Source: an uncultured Cytophagaceae bacterium
GTDB lineage: Bacteria > Bacteroidota > Bacteroidia > Cytophagales > Spirosomataceae
Direction of reading: 5' to 3'
NCBI GenBank assembly: GCA_903907745.1
Contig: CAIVPF010000035.1
Location: forward strand, 7,215 to 71,214
DNA: 64,000 nucleotides
The translations under genes were made by a program, and so were the position numbers. Each line of letters starts with the position of its first letter. Within the stretch, counting starts at the first letter, position 1. The notes under the pieces are model-generated. The model searched no databases, was not told where the DNA came from, and saw only the letters and a program-made list of their open reading frames with translations. Of this stretch, positions 59,355-64,000 are shown in pieces.

Positions 59355-60293
59355 ATGAAAGCTAGTCCCGCACAAAATTCTCGGAAAATCAAGGAAATTG
59401 CGCTTCGGCATGGCTTTCAATTTTGTGGGCTTTCCGAAGCCGGGTTTTTGGAGGAAGAGGCGCCCCGTTTGGAAGCATGGTTAAGCCAAGGCATGCAAGG
59501 TAATATGGCCTACATGGAAAATCATTTTGACAAACGTCTAGATCCTCGAAAACTGGTGGATGGCTGTCAATCCGTGATTTCTTTGGTCTATAATTATTTT
59601 CCGTCCCCCAATCATTCTCCTCTGAATAATAGCTTTAAAGTATCCAAATACGCCTTTGGTATTGATTATCATCTGGTGATTAAGGATAAAATGAAGTCGA
59701 TGTGGGAGGATATGCAGGAAGAATTGGGGGCCTTTGAGGGTCGAATGTTTGTGGATTCGGCACCTGTATTAGAAAAAGCTTGGGCTCAAAAATCAGGCTT
59801 GGGTTGGATCGGAAAAAATGCAAATTTAATTATTCCCAAACAGGGTAGTTTTTATTTTTTGGCTGAAATGTTGGTAGATTTTCAGGTGGTTCCTGATGGG
59901 CCAATCAAAGATTTTTGTGGGACTTGTACGCGCTGCATCGATGCCTGCCCAACGGATGCGATAACGCCCTACGTTGTCGATGGCTCGAAATGCATTAGTT
60001 ATTTTACCATCGAGTTAAAAAAAGGCTTAGCGATTGAGATTCAGGCAGATTTTCAAGATTGGATTTTTGGTTGTGATATCTGTCAGGATGTTTGTCCATG
60101 GAATCGATTTTCAAAACCGCATCATGAAAGCCTATTTGAACCGAAAGAAGAAATTTTGGGCTTAACGAAGTCAGATTGGGAGGAGATGTCAGAACAGGCC
60201 TTTCGTGAATTATTTGCTTATTCAGCCCTCGAGAGAACGCAATTGGCCGGAATTCGAAGGAGTATTGCGCATGTAAAAAAAATGGTGCCATGA
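59355..60293 (+). CDS. queG: Epoxyqueuosine reductase
   Basis: [50 protein letters not shown]. Confidence 0.96.
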   Translation: MKASPAQNSRKIKEIALRHGFQFCGLSEAGFLEEEAPRLEAWLSQGMQGNMAYMENHFDKRLDPRKLVDGCQSVISLVYNYFPSPNHSPLNNSFKVSKYAFGIDYHLVIKDKMKSMWEDMQEELGAFEGRMFVDSAPVLEKAWAQKSGLGWIGKNANLIIPKQGSFYFLAEMLVDFQVVPDGPIKDFCGTCTRCIDACPTDAITPYVVDGSKCISYFTIELKKGLAIEIQADFQDWIFGCDICQDVCPWNRFSKPHHESLFEPKEEILGLTKSDWEEMSEQAFRELFAYSALERTQLAGIRRSIAHVKKMVP

Positions 60294-60322
60294 ATCCATG
60301 GCCCATTTTTGCAAATTAAACC

Positions 60323-61354
60323 CTAAAGTGATTTTCTTACAATGAGTTTGAGCTCAATTTTTTTGCTTGTTTTATCGTGATCCAAGAGCATTTGCGCGGC
60401 GATGGTGCCCATTTGGTCTGGTTGACTCGATAAAACCGTGATGCCGCCCGCCAAAATATCCTTTAAACAGGAATCATTATGGGCAAGAACGCCAATATCT
60501 TTACCTAAACGTAGTTCGAGTTTGTCCGCGTAATGGATGGCCTTGGCGAGTTCCATATCGGCTAGCGTGAAATAAATTTCACCCAAGCGGATATCTTCTT
60601 GCTCAAGGCCATCTAAAACTTGGAAATCCATTGAAATTGATTCGCAGAATTCCCTGCATCCGTTAATCCATTGTGGGTCGAAGTAATCTTCTTCGGTCAA
60701 CACGAGATTGAATGCGCGGTACTTGTTAAACAGGTTTAGTTGGGTATTAAAAATCTGTACGATTTGTTTGGCTGGTTCACACACCAAACTGGCATGCGTG
60801 TGCCTAATTTGTTCGAAATTTTGATCCATAAGCAATAAACGATCGCCGGATATTTTATTCAAACATGTTAAAATCGAATCTTCGGCTTCAATCAAATGTG
60901 GCATCACTACATAATAATGATAATTGCCTAATTGAAGATTGATAATTTCTTGAAATTGCTGTGATTTATACTTATACGTGAAAATATCCACATGGAAATG
61001 CTTGCCTAGATGCGAGCAAAATGCATCATAAATCGACTTATTGGAATCTGTAATTTTTCCAACCAAAAAAAGCACTTTGGTTTTCGTCTTTAATTTAGAT
61101 TCTGAAATGAAATATCCTTTTCTGAAAATGGAGGTAATGACACCCATTTTGTGTAGTTCCGTATAAGCACGCTCGACGGTGTCACGCGATAAATAACATT
61201 CTTCCGAAGCTTCGTTAATCGATGGCAAACGCTCGCCAGGTTTCAATTCACCCATCTCGATATCTTGCAAGAGAGAGTTAATCAATTGCCGGTATTTTGG
61301 CAATTTGGCATCTATATTCTTCGCACTAAAGGAGACAAAGGTTTTATTCATCAA
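60323..61354 (-). CDS. GntR-family regulator with C-terminal sugar-binding (periplasmic-binding-protein-like) domain
   Basis: PKYRQL, GERLPSIN, LSRDTVERAYTEL, GKGY-like RKGYF; C-terminal DIGVLAHND...GITVL. Confidence 0.88.
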   Translation of the reverse strand: MMNKTFVSFSAKNIDAKLPKYRQLINSLLQDIEMGELKPGERLPSINEASEECYLSRDTVERAYTELHKMGVITSIFRKGYFISESKLKTKTKVLFLVGKITDSNKSIYDAFCSHLGKHFHVDIFTYKYKSQQFQEIINLQLGNYHYYVVMPHLIEAEDSILTCLNKISGDRLLLMDQNFEQIRHTHASLVCEPAKQIVQIFNTQLNLFNKYRAFNLVLTEEDYFDPQWINGCREFCESISMDFQVLDGLEQEDIRLGEIYFTLADMELAKAIHYADKLELRLGKDIGVLAHNDSCLKDILAGGITVLSSQPDQMGTIAAQMLLDHDKTSKKIELKLIVRKSL

Positions 61355-61413
61355 TCAATAAAATGGCTTAAAATTCAATTTTTAAAATTACAGCGAACTT
61401 GCGCTAAGCAGTA

Positions 61414-61474
61414 GGACAAATCTTTCATTTTTGTGGACATTATTTGCACATGGCCTAATTTGAAAGTTTAGTCC
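61414..61474. promoter_or_regulatory. Imperfect inverted repeat in the gntR/sensor divergent region (candidate operator)
   Basis: GGACAAATCTTTCA (61414-61427) versus TGAAAGTTTAGTCC (61461-61474): 12 of 14 complementary. Confidence 0.35.
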
Positions 61475-61566
61475 CTGTTTTTCGACTCAGAATTTTCAGG
61501 ATTCGTCGGGATTCGATTTTTTCTCAGGTTTTTTCCCCTTTAATTTTCTATTTTTATACTTTAGAA

Positions 61567-64000
61567 ATGATGCCGAAAAATAACCTGAAAATTTATGGAA
61601 TGGTTTTGTGCCAACTGCTTTGTCAGCTTGGTCTCTTCGCGCAGAAAACCACTCGCTATGAGCGTTTGACTACCGCTTCGGGTCTTTCTCAGAATACGAT
61701 TAATAAAATCATTCAAGACAAAAAGGGTTTTTTGTGGTTCGCCACAGCGGATGGTCTTAATCGCTATGATGGCTATTCCTTTGAAGTATATCGTCACGAT
61801 CCTAGTGATCCTAAAACATTGTCTGGCAGCGATATTTCCACGGTGACCGAAGATGATGAAGGAAATTTGTGGGTTGGGACCCGAAACGCGGGTTTAAATA
61901 AATTGGACCTAAAAACAGGTTCTGTTATTCGATTCACCCAAGGTCCCTCAGGAGAGGATATGAGCTCAGCCATTATTCCTTCCATTGTGAATTTAGGTCA
62001 CCATAAAATTGGTATTGCTGCGGTGGGAAGGGGGTATATGGTCTATGATTCCAAACAAAATAAAATCATTCCCAGTGAATCCGATTTTAAAAATCCTGTT
62101 ATCAAAGAAATCGTTCGTGTTTTCAAACATTCAAATGGTTCTTTGTGGCTTGGAACGCGCTCGGGTGAATTAATCTCTGTTTTAGGGAATCGAAGTTATT
62201 TGCCTTTTCATATAGGGCCAAACAAACCATCCAATGACTACCGGGTGCGTGCACTTTTTGAGGCTAAAAATGGGGATATTTTGGTCGGGACAGAAGGTCA
62301 TGGGGTGTTTCGCTTTAATCTTCAAAACCAATCTTTCACGTCGGTGTTTTACAATGCTTCCGCGACTACCTCTCGGCAAAATGTGGTCACCAGCATTAGT
62401 CGGGATGCGCGGAATAATCTCTGCTTGGGAACCGATAATGGCATATATATAGTAGAAGGAGAAAATTTCAATCGATATACCTCCGTGGGTTCGAACCCTG
62501 ATCCGGAATTTGGGATTAGTTCATATTCAGTCACTTCCTTGTTTACGGATTCTAATTTAAATACGTGGATTGGTACGTGGGAGGCAGGATTAAATATAGA
62601 CTTTTATCAAAAATCCCGCTTTTCATTATTACGTTATAAACCCAATACTTTTTTGGGTTTATTGAGCAATAAAGTCACGGCCTTGCGGGCAGATGATCAA
62701 GAAGGGGTGTGGGTAGGAAGTAATGTAGGCTTGTCTTATTTGCATTATAAAACGGGGGAGGTTGATCATATTGTCAACAATGCAGGCATTAATCGCTACA
62801 ATTCAGGAGACATTTTTGATGTTAATTTTTTGTTAGGTGGCGAAAATAAGGACTTGTGGGTAGGCGTTTTGGGGGAGGGTTTACATCATTTGTCGGCCAA
62901 TAAACAATTAGAAGCTAATCCGGTTCCAACTGAATTTAATCAAAACTCAATTCCGCTACGCTTTACTATTGGGGCACGATTTGGACATGAAATTTTATTG
63001 GGGACGGTTGGGAATGGTATTTTCACCTTCGATCCTGCTTCGAAAAAATACCGGATTCCATTTCCAGCGTTAGGTCGGAATTTATTTGAAAATAAAACGA
63101 TTTCATCGATTTGTATCGAGGGAAATCGGCGTATATGGATTGGCACTAACGCATCAGGCGTTTTTGTATATGATCTGCAAAGCAAAGAGGTTCAGCATTT
63201 TGAAAAGACGAATGCCAATCAATCCCTACGCTATAATCACGTAACCTATGTGTATCAGGACCGTGCAAAGCGAATCTGGGTTTTGACGAATGGGGGTGGA
63301 TTGCATCTATATCAAGGTCCCGGGAATTCATTTCGAAATTTTACCGTGTCAGATGGATTGGTTAGTAATACCCTGAGAGGAATGGTGGAAGATAACAAGG
63401 GAAATTTATGGCTGACCACCAATGGCGGAATTACGAAAATGGATCCCAAAAGCTTTTCATGTATCAATTATGATGATGTGGATGGCTTGCAAGGGAAGGA
63501 ATTTGTGATTAATGCCTTTGATAAGAATGATAAAAATTGGTTGTTTTTTGGTGGGGTCAATGGGCTGAATTATATCAAAGCGGATAGTTTGCGGATGCGG
63601 TTGGATGTGCCGAATGTGTATTTGACGAACCTGAAAATTTTCAATAAAACGGTTCGCCCAGGCGACGAGAATTCGCCCCTTCAGGAAGATATTTTAAATA
63701 GTAAACAGCTTATTTTACAACCCGAACATTCGGTTTTTAGCCTCGATTTTGTGGCATTGGAATATCAAAGGCCTAAAAACAATCGCTATGCCTATTATTT
63801 AGAAGGATTCGAAAAGGACTGGAATTTTGTGGGGACCCAGCGGACGGCGACGTATACCAACTTAAGCCCCGGGGACTATGTCTTCAAGGTGAAAGCCACC
63901 AATGCCGATGGATTGTGGGCGGAACAACCTTTGGAAATTAAAATCACGGTTTTACCGCCTTGGTATCGGACTTGGTGGGCCTATTTGGCCTATGTAGTAT
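61567..64000 (+). CDS. Beta-propeller/Y_Y_Y sensor, likely a hybrid two-component system (3' truncated by window edge)
   Basis: Absent from the ORF track because no stop lies in the window. My translation: MMPKNNLK...GLSQNTI..IIQDKKGFLWFATADGLNRYDG; YAYYLEGFEKDW...ATYTNLSPGDYVFKVKATNADG (Y_Y_Y); PPWYRTWWAY before the TM helix. Confidence 0.9.
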   Translation, partial: MMPKNNLKIYGMVLCQLLCQLGLFAQKTTRYERLTTASGLSQNTINKIIQDKKGFLWFATADGLNRYDGYSFEVYRHDPSDPKTLSGSDISTVTEDDEGNLWVGTRNAGLNKLDLKTGSVIRFTQGPSGEDMSSAIIPSIVNLGHHKIGIAAVGRGYMVYDSKQNKIIPSESDFKNPVIKEIVRVFKHSNGSLWLGTRSGELISVLGNRSYLPFHIGPNKPSNDYRVRALFEAKNGDILVGTEGHGVFRFNLQNQSFTSVFYNASATTSRQNVVTSISRDARNNLCLGTDNGIYIVEGENFNRYTSVGSNPDPEFGISSYSVTSLFTDSNLNTWIGTWEAGLNIDFYQKSRFSLLRYKPNTFLGLLSNKVTALRADDQEGVWVGSNVGLSYLHYKTGEVDHIVNNAGINRYNSGDIFDVNFLLGGENKDLWVGVLGEGLHHLSANKQLEANPVPTEFNQNSIPLRFTIGARFGHEILLGTVGNGIFTFDPASKKYRIPFPALGRNLFENKTISSICIEGNRRIWIGTNASGVFVYDLQSKEVQHFEKTNANQSLRYNHVTYVYQDRAKRIWVLTNGGGLHLYQGPGNSFRNFTVSDGLVSNTLRGMVEDNKGNLWLTTNGGITKMDPKSFSCINYDDVDGLQGKEFVINAFDKNDKNWLFFGGVNGLNYIKADSLRMRLDVPNVYLTNLKIFNKTVRPGDENSPLQEDILNSKQLILQPEHSVFSLDFVALEYQRPKNNRYAYYLEGFEKDWNFVGTQRTATYTNLSPGDYVFKVKATNADGLWAEQPLEIKITVLPPWYRTWWAYLAYVV

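Overview
A gene-dense, mostly housekeeping chromosomal segment from a Bacteroidota bacterium. Phylum is indicated by TAnnTTTG -7 promoter boxes, a beta-propeller/Y_Y_Y sensor, a DUF2723 protein, bshB1 and grpE-dnaJ without dnaK. Cytophagales, possibly a streamlined freshwater lineage such as Aquirufa, is an inference only. I count about 55 protein genes, including polA, trxB, guaA, pepT, gltA, queE/queG, nadE-coaX-aguA, two PPIases plus a MoxR ATPase, thyA, lysA, ogt-polX-rpiB, rbfA, an IorAB-like Mo-enzyme plus MocA, purL-truA, radA, pheS and grpE-dnaJ. I saw no rRNA, tRNA, CRISPR array, transposase, integrase or prophage gene. The main unexplained structure is a pair of related heptamer elements at 14862-15083 and 33543-33719. 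Each is a long (AGGTAAT-like)n arm plus a short inverted arm, bounded by TTAGGTA...TACCTAA. They fill the only two sizeable convergent intergenic gaps in the window, and three of the four flanking TAG stop codons lie inside the terminal repeat. Also notable: a 1-nt frameshift in a LolC/E-type permease gene, a PolX lacking its DxD catalytic motif coupled to ogt, an orphan circularly permuted ATP-grasp gene, and a parvulin PPIase with an OmpA-like insert.
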